A stretch of DNA of 64,000 nt from an uncultured Chloroflexia bacterium (lineage in GTDB: Bacteria > Chloroflexota > Dehalococcoidia > GIF9 > UBA5629). Made by a program: the position numbers and the translations under genes. Shown in pieces: positions 10,323-20,071 of the stretch; positions within the stretch are counted from its first letter, which is position 1, and the number at the start of each line of letters is the position of its first letter. Location: contig CAVWGE010000001.1 in assembly GCA_963754385.1 (NCBI GenBank), positions 328,575 to 392,574 of the forward strand. Reading direction: 5' to 3'. A model generated the notes under the pieces. The model saw only the letters and a program-made list of their open reading frames with translations. It was not told the DNA's origin and searched no databases.

Positions 10323-11455
10323 AGGTTTGCCTTTTCAGTAAATTTAAGTGCGGTATCTCTTGCCCAGTCATCAGCAGTTAAAATGTCATCCAAAGTGGGG
10401 TTGGTTATGCCCCGGTGTAAGCTGATGGTACTGGCTATTATCTCGGCGATGCCCGAGAAATTAATATGCTGTTTGAGAAAGAGTTCGACAGCTACCTCAT
10501 CGGCAGCACAAAGCACAGCAGGATAGGTTCCTCCTCTTTTACCAGCGTCCAGTGCCAGTTGTAAGCATGGGAACATAGAATGGTTTATTGCTTCAAAGGT
10601 TAGTGAATTCAGTTGGACCAGGTCAATATTTGGTAACCTGGGATTGGTCAATCGCTTGGGATAGGATAAAGCGTATTGGATAGGAAAACGCATATCAGGG
10701 GCGCTGAGTTGGGCCTTTAGCGAGCCATCGGCAAATTCTACCATAGAATGAATAATACTCTGGGGATGAATTACGAATTCTATTTTTTTAAATGGTATAG
10801 AAAAAAGCCAGTGAGCTTCGATTGCTTCCAGGCCTTTGTTCATTAGAGTTGCCGAGTCAATGGTCACTTTTCTGCCCATTTTCCATGTGGGATGTTGCAG
10901 AGCTTCCTCAACAGTGACTTTAGCTAACTGTGTTGGTGAACGATGATAGAAAGGCCCCCCTGAAGCTGTCAGAATAAGTCGAGCCACTTCATCTTTTTCT
11001 CCATGGAGGCATTGCCATATAGCGCTATGTTCGCTATCAATAGGCAAAATTTTGGCTTGGTGCCGTTTGGCTTCTGACATAATTATTTCACCTGCCATGA
11101 CTAGCACCTCTTTGTTGGCCAGAGCAATTTTTTTTCCAGACCTTATTGCCGCTAGTGTTGGAGCCAGCCCTGTTTTACCCGAAGTGGCTATTATAACGAT
11201 GTCGACATCAGGATGGGTAACTATCTCCTCCATTGATGAGAATTTTGTTTTATCTGGCAGGTTGAGCTTAAGCGATGAATATGCTAGTTTTGGCTGAAAT
11301 TGGCTGATTTGTTTGGCGAGTAAGCTCGTATTTTTACCGCCAGCCAATCCTACTATCCTGAATTTGTCAGGGAAGTCTTTTATTATGTCCAGGGATTGTT
11401 GTCCTATTGAGCCTGTTGAGCCAATGACAGCTAGTTTTTTAATAGTGTTGCTCAT
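10307..11455 (-). CDS. dxr: 1-deoxy-D-xylulose 5-phosphate reductoisomerase
   Basis: The Dxr N-terminus MSNTIKKLAVIGSTGSIGQQSL is present. I chose the ATG at 11455, which forms an ATGA overlap with the cdsA stop, over the ORF-track start at 11476, which would overlap cdsA by 25 nt. Confidence 0.93.
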   Translation of the reverse strand: MSNTIKKLAVIGSTGSIGQQSLDIIKDFPDKFRIVGLAGGKNTSLLAKQISQFQPKLAYSSLKLNLPDKTKFSSMEEIVTHPDVDIVIIATSGKTGLAPTLAAIRSGKKIALANKEVLVMAGEIIMSEAKRHQAKILPIDSEHSAIWQCLHGEKDEVARLILTASGGPFYHRSPTQLAKVTVEEALQHPTWKMGRKVTIDSATLMNKGLEAIEAHWLFSIPFKKIEFVIHPQSIIHSMVEFADGSLKAQLSAPDMRFPIQYALSYPKRLTNPRLPNIDLVQLNSLTFEAINHSMFPCLQLALDAGKRGGTYPAVLCAADEVAVELFLKQHINFSGIAEIIASTISLHRGITNPTLDDILTADDWARDTALKFTEKANLCLKQ

Positions 11456-12246
11456 AATGTAGCTAATGCCACACAATAGTATACTATAACTCCAGTAAAT
11501 ATGAGACTGTCAATGCGGTCTAGGATACCACCATGCCCCGGTATTAGCTTGCCTGCATCCTTGACACCTGTGTTGCGCTTAAGTAGTGATTCGGCCAAAT
11601 CTCCGAGCTGAGCGAATAGACTGATAATGCATCCTAAGATGGCTATTTGCCAGTAGTTAAAGGGCAGCGGGAAGATTGTGCGGAGAATTAATGAAGCTAT
11701 TATACTGGCTAACAGTCCACCTATGGCTCCTTCCCAGGTTTTACCTGGGCTTATGGATGGTGCTAGCGCGTGTTTACCCCAGGCCTTGCCGATGAAAAAA
11801 GCAGATGTATCGCTGGCAAATGTGGTGAACATAGCCCAGAAAACTAGCTCTTTGCCAGCCTCCAGGCTTCTGAGTTCAACCCAGTAACTGAGCATCCAGC
11901 CGATATACAGGATACCAGCCATTGTCCATGCCCAGTTAGTAAAAGCCTGTTTCCTCGGAGAACGAAACAACAGCCAGATTAGCGAGACAACTATTGCTGA
12001 AGTAATGAGAAAAGGTATTGTAGCAGCATATGGGCAATGAGGGCTGAGGATTATAAGTAGTACCCAAGCCATGCCGAGATAAGTGATTGGCTGTAGCTTT
12101 AATTGCCCAGCCATTCGGTAGAACTCCCAACTGCCAAGCATAGCCATAACAGCTATCAGAAGGGTAAACCAAGGTTCGCCGAACCAGATTATGGCAATAA
12201 GGAGTGGTAAGCCAACAACAGCAGTGAGAATTCTATACCTGAGCAT
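11452..12246 (-). CDS. cdsA: Phosphatidate cytidylyltransferase
   Basis: A 264-aa polytopic membrane protein with a CdsA-like C-terminal motif (GDLAESLLKR...GHGGILDRIDSL). Confidence 0.9.
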   Translation of the reverse strand: MLRYRILTAVVGLPLLIAIIWFGEPWFTLLIAVMAMLGSWEFYRMAGQLKLQPITYLGMAWVLLIILSPHCPYAATIPFLITSAIVVSLIWLLFRSPRKQAFTNWAWTMAGILYIGWMLSYWVELRSLEAGKELVFWAMFTTFASDTSAFFIGKAWGKHALAPSISPGKTWEGAIGGLLASIIASLILRTIFPLPFNYWQIAILGCIISLFAQLGDLAESLLKRNTGVKDAGKLIPGHGGILDRIDSLIFTGVIVYYCVALATL

Positions 12247-12393
12247 GTTTATTCTCAGACTCTGCGTGCTTTAGGTATCACTGGCTGTAGCGCGGAATGA
12301 TAAATGTTGGCAGGGCTTTTCGGTGCTGGCATGATGTTTTGTGTGTGGATTTGTTTCTTGGAAAATGGAGGGCGTGCAGAGGTTTCGGAGTTC

Positions 12394-12951
12394 TTAGACC
12401 TCCATTATCTCCGTTTCCTTGACTTGTCCTGTGTCATTGACTTTATCTATGAAGTTATCAGTTAGCTTTTGAAGTTGTTCTGAGGCACGTGTGTATTTAT
12501 CTTGGGAGATTTCTTTATTTTTCTCCGTCTGCCTCAATCTTTCTATGCCTTCACGTCTTAGATTACGAATCGCAATTCTCCCCTCTTCTACTCTTTTGTG
12601 AACTACTCTGATTAACTCTTTACGTCGTTCTTCGGTGAGTGGCGGGATGGGTATACGTATCACATTGCTATCGCTCGTTGGGTTCAGACCAAGGTCAGAT
12701 GTAAGAATAGCTTTCTCGATACTGCGAGTTGAACTGCGGTCCCATGGTTGGATAAGTATCATTTTGGCTTCGGGGATTGAGATAGAAGCTATCTGGTTGA
12801 TTGGAGTGAGGACACCGTGATAATCAGCTTTGATATGTTCAACTAAGGCCGGTGATGCACGTCCTGTGCGAATAGCTGCTAAGTCTCGGGTCAAAGCATC
12901 GACAGCTTTTTTCATTTTACCATCGATTTCAGTGAGTATTTGCTCAATCAT
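12394..12951 (-). CDS. frr: Ribosome recycling factor
   Basis: The 185-aa protein begins [40 protein letters not shown] overlap with the pyrH stop. Confidence 0.95.
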   Translation of the reverse strand: MIEQILTEIDGKMKKAVDALTRDLAAIRTGRASPALVEHIKADYHGVLTPINQIASISIPEAKMILIQPWDRSSTRSIEKAILTSDLGLNPTSDSNVIRIPIPPLTEERRKELIRVVHKRVEEGRIAIRNLRREGIERLRQTEKNKEISQDKYTRASEQLQKLTDNFIDKVNDTGQVKETEIMEV

Positions 12952-13685
12952 TTCTCTTCCTCGTTAGTGACAAAGGTGCCGACATGTTCCCCATATATGG
13001 CACGCTCCATACTTTGTTTTCCTTGGAGGTCGAAGATTATTATAGGAAGTTTATTATCCTGACATAGAGAAAAAGCGGTGCTATCCATTACCTGGAGGTG
13101 TAAGTTTAGAGCATCTCTGTGGGATAAACGGTCAAACTTCTTCGCCTTTGGATTGGTGAGAGGGTCAGAATCGTACACACCATCGACTTTATTTTTAGCT
13201 ACAAGAAGGACTTCGGCCGCGACTTCAATGGCCCGTAGTGCTGCAGCGGTATCGGTAGTCATATAAGGATTTCCTGTACCGCCGGCAAAAATAACGACTC
13301 TTTTCTTCTCCAGGTGTCGGATAGCTCGACGACGTATATATGGCTCGGCTACGGCATGCATGGTAATAGCTGACTGAGTTCTAGTAGTGACCCCTTCGCT
13401 TTCTAGCGAATCCTGAAGGACAAGAGCATTAATTACCGTAGCTAACATCCCTGCATAGTCGGCTGTGGCTCGATCCATCCCCTTAGCTTCGCTACCAGTG
13501 CCTCGCCAGAAGTTGCCTCCTCCAACGACTATAGCAACCTCAACGCCTTGCTTGATTATTTGCTTTATTTGCTGGGCTACATGTGTCAGGACTGAACGGT
13601 CGACACCAAACGTTTTCTTACCCATGAGTGCTTCGCCACTTAGCTTGAGTAAGACCCGCTTATATTTGGGCTTTTTTGTTGCCAC
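12948..13685 (-). CDS. pyrH: Uridylate kinase
   Basis: Begins [12 protein letters not shown] and carries [11 protein letters not shown] start. Confidence 0.95.
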   Translation of the reverse strand: MATKKPKYKRVLLKLSGEALMGKKTFGVDRSVLTHVAQQIKQIIKQGVEVAIVVGGGNFWRGTGSEAKGMDRATADYAGMLATVINALVLQDSLESEGVTTRTQSAITMHAVAEPYIRRRAIRHLEKKRVVIFAGGTGNPYMTTDTAAALRAIEVAAEVLLVAKNKVDGVYDSDPLTNPKAKKFDRLSHRDALNLHLQVMDSTAFSLCQDNKLPIIIFDLQGKQSMERAIYGEHVGTFVTNEEEK

Positions 13686-13687
13686 TT

Positions 13688-14194
13688 CTAGTAACCTAAT
13701 TCGAATCTGATGAATCTACGTATTTTGATATTCTCTTTAACCTTGGCTATCGTCTCAGTGATGATTTCCTGGACGGTCTTGTTGGGGTCTTTGATAAAGG
13801 GCTGGAGTAAGAGACAAGCTATTTTAGGGTCTGTGTCTGTTTCTTGTGGTAGGTCTTCTGGAGAAATGAATTGTGGGGACATAGCGGCTATTTGCAGGGC
13901 TAGGTTATGTGCTAATTCTTTGAATTCGTTGGTACGGGCGACAAAGTCCGTCTCACAGTTGACTTCAACTAATGCTGCAATCTGGCCTCCTTGGTGGACA
14001 TAAGCCTCGATTATTCCTTGGTTTGCGGCGCGATCAGCTTTTTTGTGAGCCAAAGCCAATCCGCGCTGGTTGAGAATCTCGATTGCCTTTTCAAAACTTC
14101 CTTCTGCTTCGAGGAGAGCCTTTTTGCAATCTATAACACCAGCACCGGTTTTTCCCCTAAGCTCCTTTATTATTGCTGTAGTTGAAACCTGCAA
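13688..14194 (-). CDS. tsf: Elongation factor Ts, short 168-aa form
   Basis: Contains the EF-Ts UBA-like N-terminus [19 protein letters not shown] and the core [17 protein letters not shown] start follows a strong AAGGAGGT RBS. Confidence 0.9.
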   Translation of the reverse strand: MQVSTTAIIKELRGKTGAGVIDCKKALLEAEGSFEKAIEILNQRGLALAHKKADRAANQGIIEAYVHQGGQIAALVEVNCETDFVARTNEFKELAHNLALQIAAMSPQFISPEDLPQETDTDPKIACLLLQPFIKDPNKTVQEIITETIAKVKENIKIRRFIRFELGY

Positions 14195-14235
14195 TTATAC
14201 CTCCTTGCTGTGTAGAGTATGGCATTGCTGCCTTA

Positions 14236-15021
14236 CTATTCGCCTTCATCAGGTGCAAAAATATGGGATTCCAGTAGCTGGGTGGGTTCTGTCCCTGCTG
14301 GAGCTGGTTCAGCAGCTCCTATTTCGCCAGTCTCCTTAAGCATCTTGCCTTCGAGGACTGCGTCAGCCATTTTGCTGCATATGAGTTTGATTGCCTTTAT
14401 AGCATCATCATTAGCCGGAATAAGGTAGTCGATACCTGTTGGATCGCAGTTGGTGTCTACAACAGCTACTATTGGTATACCAACCTTTTTCGCTTCAGCC
14501 AGAGCTATTTTCTCTTTAGTTGGGTCGACAATGAATAAGGCTCCAGGGATGGTAGTCATTTCCTTAAAGCCACCCAGTAGTTTGTTGAGTCGTGCTATTT
14601 CCTTTTCGACCTTCATTTTTTCCTTCTTGGATAAGTGATCTAATTCGCCTTTATCTCTTCTATCCTCGAGACGAACAAGGTAATCTATCCTGGCTTGAAT
14701 AGTGGCGAAATTGGTTAACATTCCACCCAGCCATCTTTGGTTGACATAATACATGCCACATCGTTTTGCTTCTTCTTCTATGATTTCCTGGGCTTGCTTC
14801 TTGGTGCCGACGAGGAGAACGCTTTGCCCGTTGCTGACTAATTCTCTAACATAAGTGCAGGCTCTATCCAGCATAGTTACAGTTTGTTCTAAGTCGATGA
14901 TATGAATACCGTTGCGTTGGGTGAAAATGTAGCTTTTCATGGATGGGTGCCAGTGGCCCGTTAAGTGCCCAAAATGAGCTCCAGCTTCCAGGAGCTGTTT
15001 AACTGAAATAGACTCCGGCAA
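14236..15021 (-). CDS. rpsB: 30S ribosomal protein S2
   Basis: Carries [11 protein letters not shown] and [15 protein letters not shown] start with an AGGAGGT RBS 6 nt upstream. Confidence 0.95.
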   Translation of the reverse strand: MPESISVKQLLEAGAHFGHLTGHWHPSMKSYIFTQRNGIHIIDLEQTVTMLDRACTYVRELVSNGQSVLLVGTKKQAQEIIEEEAKRCGMYYVNQRWLGGMLTNFATIQARIDYLVRLEDRRDKGELDHLSKKEKMKVEKEIARLNKLLGGFKEMTTIPGALFIVDPTKEKIALAEAKKVGIPIVAVVDTNCDPTGIDYLIPANDDAIKAIKLICSKMADAVLEGKMLKETGEIGAAEPAPAGTEPTQLLESHIFAPDEGE

Positions 15022-15108
15022 ATTCTGACCTCCTAATTATATTGAACCCATGAAAAACTTAGTTTTTCAGGGGTTACTAATAACGTTCCTTAACTAAAGT
15101 TGCTCATC

Positions 15109-15137
15109 AGTATAGCATAAGGTGATTGGTAAGGCAA
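15109..15137 (-). promoter_or_regulatory. Candidate sigma70-type promoter for rpsB-tsf (TTGCCT-N17-TATACT on the minus strand).
   Basis: Reverse complement reads TTGCCTtaccaatcaccttatgcTATACT. It lies about 85 nt upstream of the rpsB start. Confidence 0.35.
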
Positions 15138-15260
15138 TTGAGTGAGAGAGGATAATAACTTATCGTTTGCCGTTATCGATGGTCTTAAGCAGGATGTGAT
15201 TTCTACTCGGGTTCTTGGTATCTAGTGAAAACTCGCTAAAATTAAATCCGTAGATAGTAC

Positions 15261-15291
15261 AAAAATGTAGCCCCTCCGGATAGGAGGGGCT
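15261..15291 (-). terminator. Rho-independent terminator downstream of the acyl-CoA dehydrogenase pair
   Basis: On the minus strand a 9-bp GC-rich stem (AGCCCCTCC, 5-nt loop, GGAGGGGCT) is followed by ACATTTTTG. It sits 30 nt after the stop of the 15321..16454 gene. Confidence 0.7.
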
Positions 15292-15320
15292 ATAGGGGAT
15301 ACTATTTACATTAAATGCGC

Positions 15321-16454
15321 TTAGATTAGCCCAATTTCCTTGGCTACCAGCTCTCTGTGGAAATCTGTGCCACCAAAGGCAGTGTCTGCAGCCTTAGACC
15401 TTCGGTAGTAGAGTTGTATATCGTGGTCATAGCTGGTGCCGATAGCACCGTGCAATCTTACTGCCCATTTACTTACATTCTTATAGACCTCGTTGACATA
15501 TGCCTTTGCTAAAGAGGCTTCTTTGGCACAGGATTGACCTTCTGATTCCATCCATGCCACTTTATAGACTAAATAACGGCTGGTTTGCATTGAGGTCCAC
15601 ATGTCAGCCATTATATGCTGAAGTGCCTGGAAGGCTCCGATAGGTCTATCATATTGAACCCTTTCTTTGGAGTACGCTACAGTCATTTCTATGCAAGTCT
15701 GCATTGCACCGATGGACTCTGCGCACTTAGCGATAGCTCCTTTACGCAACATCATTTCTACAATCGGCCATCCTTCGTCTCTCTTGCCCAACATGTTTTT
15801 CTTGGGTACAGTAACATTCTCAAAACGTACCTCGCATAATTTATCTGCGGCTATAGTGGGTATTATTTCACAGTGTATTCCCGGGGTCTTAGAGTCAACT
15901 AGAAAAAGGGTAATTCCTTTCTCTGGAGAAGTGCTGTCTTTGGTTCGAGTGACACAGATGATGTAATTGGCAACATGAGCCATTTCAACGAAGAGCTTTG
16001 TGCCATTTATTGTGAACTCATTGCCTTTGGATGTTGCTTTAATGGCGATTCCGGAAGCATTGAATATGCCTTCAGCTTCGAGAAGAGCCGTCGTAATAAT
16101 TACTTCTCCACGAGCTATTTTGGGTAGTAACTCTTTCTTTTGTTCTTCAGTCCCGGCTTCGATGATGGGGAAGGTGCTGATTACAGTAGGGATTAGCGGT
16201 CCGGGAAGGATGTTTCTACCTGTCTCCTCTAAGAGGACTGTAAGGTCCTGGAAGGTGTAACCCATACCTTCATATTTTTCAGGGATAACCAACCCCATCC
16301 ATCCGAGTTCAGCCATCTTTTTCCAAAGCTCGGGGGAATATCCCTTCTCACTCTTTTCTAGTTCTCTCACCAGAGCCTTAGGACATTCCGTGGCAAGGAA
16401 GTCTCGTGCCATTTTCTTCAAAATCTCTTGTGCTTCGGTAAATCTGAGGTCCAT
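15321..16454 (-). CDS. Acyl-CoA dehydrogenase family protein
   Basis: A 377-aa protein with ACAD N-, middle and C-terminal domains. Starts MDLRFTEAQEILKKMARDF. ATG follows an AGGAGGAACC RBS. Confidence 0.85.
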   Translation of the reverse strand: MDLRFTEAQEILKKMARDFLATECPKALVRELEKSEKGYSPELWKKMAELGWMGLVIPEKYEGMGYTFQDLTVLLEETGRNILPGPLIPTVISTFPIIEAGTEEQKKELLPKIARGEVIITTALLEAEGIFNASGIAIKATSKGNEFTINGTKLFVEMAHVANYIICVTRTKDSTSPEKGITLFLVDSKTPGIHCEIIPTIAADKLCEVRFENVTVPKKNMLGKRDEGWPIVEMMLRKGAIAKCAESIGAMQTCIEMTVAYSKERVQYDRPIGAFQALQHIMADMWTSMQTSRYLVYKVAWMESEGQSCAKEASLAKAYVNEVYKNVSKWAVRLHGAIGTSYDHDIQLYYRRSKAADTAFGGTDFHRELVAKEIGLI

Positions 16455-16477
16455 GGTTCCTCCTATCGGAATTTAAT

Positions 16478-17662
16478 TTATTTCATCCTGGGCAAGCCCA
16501 GACCATACCAGGCGATGATATTCCTTTGTATCTCATTTGTCCCCATGGAGATGGTGGTTACGAAGCACTCTTGAAACGCCTGTTCCCATGCTCCGTGCAC
16601 GGGAGCCCATCTGGAGGTTTTGACCTGGCCGTATGGACCTGCGATGTCAGTTGCCAAAAAGGCAAAACGCTCGCCTAACTCGCTGTAGAATATCTTTGCT
16701 GCCGATGAGTCCATCAAAGCCATCTCGTTCCTGTTTTGCAAGTCAGCTATTCGATATGCGATAGAACGAGCTGCTTCCAGCTCACAGGCTAGCTGTGCCA
16801 CTCGGTTACGTATTATTGGGTCTCTCGCTAAAGGTTGACCGTTACGTTCGGTTTCATTGCAATATTTTACTAGGTCTTCCAGCTCGTGGAACATATTCAT
16901 GATTTCGACCATTCCCGACCTCTCGAAACCAGCGAGAAGATTGACCACTGCCCAGCCTTCGTTTTCCTGACCGACGATATTCTTAGCCGGCACATGGACA
17001 TCGTCAAAATAAACCTCACAAAATGGGGCGCTGCCATCCATGTAAGGAATGGGTCTCACCGTTATTCCGGGCGTTTTCATATTGAGCAGAAGAAAGGAAA
17101 GGTTATGGTGTTTTCGAGCAGCTGGGTCGGTCTTGAACACTCCAAAGCCCCAATCAGCTCGCTGAGCCCCCGTATTCCAAATCTTCTGACCGTTTATAAC
17201 ATATTCGTCACCTTTTTTTATCGCTGTGGTGTTTAGAATTGCCAAGTCTGAGCCTGCATTAGGCTCGCTCCATAGCTCGCACCACATGACTTCTCCTTTT
17301 GCAATTGGCGGCAGAAATTCCTTCTTTATTGCGTCACTTGCAGCCTGTAAAAGTGTAGGTGCGAGCATTTGCACTCCGAATATATCAAACCCAGGAATCC
17401 TGTGGTATCCTCTCGCCTCTGCGAATAGGACTTGGTCCATCATGGTTCCTGTGCCGCCGTATTCGGGTGGCCAAGCTAAGGCAAGCCACCCCCTTTTAGC
17501 GAATTCCTTGGCACAGTAAAGATGAAATTCCCAACATTCGTCAATCTCATAAGTAGCCTCAAATCCTATAAAACTCGGTGGCCTTTTTTTCTCAAGCTTA
17601 TTACAGACCTCGAAAAACTCCTTTCTGTGTACCTTCTGCTCCTCAGTTAGCTCAAAATCCAT
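16478..17662 (-). CDS. Acyl-CoA dehydrogenase family protein, second tandem paralog
   Basis: A 394-aa ACAD-fold protein starting MDFELTEEQKVHRKEFFEV. ATG follows an AAGGGGGT RBS. It lies 23 nt upstream of the previous ACAD, so the two are probably co-transcribed. Confidence 0.85.
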   Translation of the reverse strand: MDFELTEEQKVHRKEFFEVCNKLEKKRPPSFIGFEATYEIDECWEFHLYCAKEFAKRGWLALAWPPEYGGTGTMMDQVLFAEARGYHRIPGFDIFGVQMLAPTLLQAASDAIKKEFLPPIAKGEVMWCELWSEPNAGSDLAILNTTAIKKGDEYVINGQKIWNTGAQRADWGFGVFKTDPAARKHHNLSFLLLNMKTPGITVRPIPYMDGSAPFCEVYFDDVHVPAKNIVGQENEGWAVVNLLAGFERSGMVEIMNMFHELEDLVKYCNETERNGQPLARDPIIRNRVAQLACELEAARSIAYRIADLQNRNEMALMDSSAAKIFYSELGERFAFLATDIAGPYGQVKTSRWAPVHGAWEQAFQECFVTTISMGTNEIQRNIIAWYGLGLPRMK

Positions 17663-17864
17663 TTGTACCCCCTTAAAACCTTAAATTCCTGTAACAGTGC
17701 CGCTGACAAAAACTGTCGTGAAGTAATCCGGCGCTGGTCAAATTTCACGCGTGGAGCTGTATAAATCTGTTTTGATAAAAACCATCGTAGGCTGAATCCC
17801 ATCTTTACGTCCGTTTTTTATAAGCAGAATTCAGAATTTGGAAAGTCTCGAATATCTTTGCAGT

Positions 17865-18698
17865 CTAAGTTAAACGGTGCTGGATATCTTCAATTTGGTA
17901 ATGCAGGATGCCGGCTGGTGCCTTAACCTCAACATTTTGCCCTTTCATCTGCCCTAACAATGCTTGCCCCATGGGGGAGGCAACGGAGATCTTGCTTTTT
18001 ATAGGGTTAGCTTCACTGGCATCAACTAACGTGTAGCTTGCTTGTTCGCCTGAAGCTAGATCTCGGAGCACTACTGTATCACCAAAAGTTATTTCTCGGC
18101 CGCTAGTCTGTTGCTCATCCACTAATGTTGCCATTTTTAAAGTTGATTCAAGTTTTCTGATTTGTGCTTCTACCTGGCCTTGGTGCTCCCTGGCTGCCTC
18201 TAGAGGTGCATTCTCGCGAAAATCCTTGTCAGACGCTGCCTTCTGGAGTTCTTCAGCTATGCTAGGCCGCGCGTTTTTGAGGGTGGCAAGTTTGGCTTTT
18301 AAATCCGCATAACCTTGGCTGGTTAGTAGTACCTTTTTGTGCGAATGTCGCTTTAAAAGTGAGGCTGATTTTGGTGGAGTCTTCTTGCTCTTGAGGTGGA
18401 CAGCCAAATTTGCCCTTGTCAAGCCCTGCTTGTGAGCATAAACAAGGAAGGTTTTGATTATCCCTAGCTTTTCAGCCACTTCAGTAGTTGAGGAAGTGAT
18501 CTGTTCAGCATAATTTGCGACTTCGGGGATAGCAAGCCCGGCTAGCGGGCGTTTTTCTCCGTACCAACGTACAAATTTATATACTTCTTGCTGGGCTCTT
18601 AGCCTTTCCTCTGAGGGCAATGTCAGTAGAAACTGGGTGGCAATCTGTCCCAAACTATAATTAGGTGGTGCCGAATCAGGCACGTTTTTTGAGGCCAT
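17865..18698 (-). CDS. greA: GreA/GreB-family transcript cleavage factor with an extra N-terminal domain of about 120 aa
   Basis: The C-terminal ~155 aa match the GreA coiled-coil (DFRENAPLEAAREHQGQVEAQIRKLESTL) and FKBP-like domain (ITFGDTVVLRDLASGEQASYTLV). The N-terminal 120 aa have no GreA counterpart. Confidence 0.75.
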   Translation of the reverse strand: MASKNVPDSAPPNYSLGQIATQFLLTLPSEERLRAQQEVYKFVRWYGEKRPLAGLAIPEVANYAEQITSSTTEVAEKLGIIKTFLVYAHKQGLTRANLAVHLKSKKTPPKSASLLKRHSHKKVLLTSQGYADLKAKLATLKNARPSIAEELQKAASDKDFRENAPLEAAREHQGQVEAQIRKLESTLKMATLVDEQQTSGREITFGDTVVLRDLASGEQASYTLVDASEANPIKSKISVASPMGQALLGQMKGQNVEVKAPAGILHYQIEDIQHRLT

Positions 18699-18785
18699 CC
18701 CTTTGCTCTAAGTCCGACTAATAATAGAACAGAGGGCGAGCTATGTCAAATATTGCTGAGATTGGAACTGCTGCCTATTTGCCTC

Positions 18786-19664
18786 TTATGTTACAGCGTA
18801 GCCGATAAGCTTATAGGCTAATTTGGCTGCTAGGAAAGCGCAAGAAGCAGGGCCTTCCTTAGGGCACAGTTCTACCAGATCAAAACCAATAACGCGTTTA
18901 TGCAAAGTTACTGTTCTTAATAAATTCAGAACTTCATGCCATTGCATGCCACCTGGTTCGGGGGTGCCTACTGCTGGCACAATCGAAGGATCAAAGACGT
19001 CTAGGTCAATAGATACATAAACATTGTCACGCAGTGAAGCTGTTATTTCCTCCGGCGAAGCTAAATCTGAGCCAGGTATTGCAGAGAAAAGATGCATGTT
19101 TTTTTGAGTCAGAAACTTCTGTTCCTCCCAGCTTAGGCTACGTATTCCAACTTGTACAATAGGGCAAAGCTCAAGAATGCGACGCATTACACAGGCATGA
19201 CTATATTTAGTTCCTAAATATTCGTCGCGTAGGTCGGCATGTGCGTCTAGTTGTAACACGCAAATGTCTTGATTTTTTTCTTTTAGGGCTTGAACCATTC
19301 CTAGACTAAGAGAGTGTTCCCCTCCGAACATAACCAAGAATTTCGCTTGTTTAGCTAATTCTGCAGCTATGCGGTAAACTCTGTCAATCATCCCCTCCGG
19401 GCTGCTCAATAAAGGTTGGACTTTAGGTAGAGTATGAATTCCAACCTTATATATTTCCCTCTTGAGCTCAATGTCATAAAATTCTAAATATTGTGAAGCA
19501 TCAATGATGGCTTGCGGTCCTTCGCGGGTACCGCTGTGCCACTCGGTAGTACTATCGTAAGGCACTGGCAAAATCACCACTTTAGCGGTTGGTAAGTCGG
19601 CGTAGGGGGACATCAGGCCAGCGAAGTTTTGTAAGGGGGAAAGCAGGTCTTCTATGTTTTGCAT
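18786..19664 (-). CDS. speB: Agmatinase (ureohydrolase/arginase family)
   Basis: Carries the Mn-binding motifs GGEHS, DAHAD and SIDLDVFDP. Confidence 0.9.
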   Translation of the reverse strand: MQNIEDLLSPLQNFAGLMSPYADLPTAKVVILPVPYDSTTEWHSGTREGPQAIIDASQYLEFYDIELKREIYKVGIHTLPKVQPLLSSPEGMIDRVYRIAAELAKQAKFLVMFGGEHSLSLGMVQALKEKNQDICVLQLDAHADLRDEYLGTKYSHACVMRRILELCPIVQVGIRSLSWEEQKFLTQKNMHLFSAIPGSDLASPEEITASLRDNVYVSIDLDVFDPSIVPAVGTPEPGGMQWHEVLNLLRTVTLHKRVIGFDLVELCPKEGPASCAFLAAKLAYKLIGYAVT

Positions 19665-19667
19665 GTC

Positions 19668-20063
19668 TCAAACTGAGTGTAACTGGGGTATGTCAGCAGC
19701 TTCGGTAAGGTCTGCCATCTTCCAATCCCGATTGATCAGGCGACTTGACAATTTAGTTAATTGAAATTTATCTTTTAAGTCTTTAATAACCTGCTCGGCA
19801 TTGAAATCCTTGCAGGAGAAGACGTCAATATTGATATAACGCCGTTCGACGAAGGTGTGAATGCTGATATGACTCTCGGCGATAAAAACAAATCCAGAGA
19901 TTCCCCAGTCTTCAGGTCTAGAGCCGATGTACCTGAAAACGAGGGGAGAAGAAATCTTGGTCATTCCAATCTGTGCAGGATAGGAATCCAGCAGTTGATA
20001 GAGAAATTGCTCATCCTGCATAACTTTTGGATTGTCCCCGTAGCCATCAATAATCAGGTGCAT
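19668..20063 (-). CDS. speH: Pyruvoyl-dependent S-adenosylmethionine decarboxylase proenzyme family protein (SpeH/class 1b). The substrate could be AdoMet or arginine.
   Basis: A 131-aa protein carrying the self-processing motif AESHISIHTF and DVFSCKDF. It ends 4 nt before the speB start. Confidence 0.8.
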   Translation of the reverse strand: MHLIIDGYGDNPKVMQDEQFLYQLLDSYPAQIGMTKISSPLVFRYIGSRPEDWGISGFVFIAESHISIHTFVERRYINIDVFSCKDFNAEQVIKDLKDKFQLTKLSSRLINRDWKMADLTEAADIPQLHSV

Positions 20064-20071
20064 GGTTCCCC

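Noticed and set aside
11456-11476. Longest-ORF start for dxr. The same issue applies to starts at 45011 (ABC ATPase), 37718 (CoA ligase), 60113 (epimerase), 35229 (livF), 37924 (lipoprotein) and 24511 (surface protein).
   Set aside because: The ORF track uses the longest ORF and counts TTG/GTG as M. In each case the internal start has an RBS, an ATGA-type junction or paralog agreement, and it avoids long overlaps with the upstream gene.
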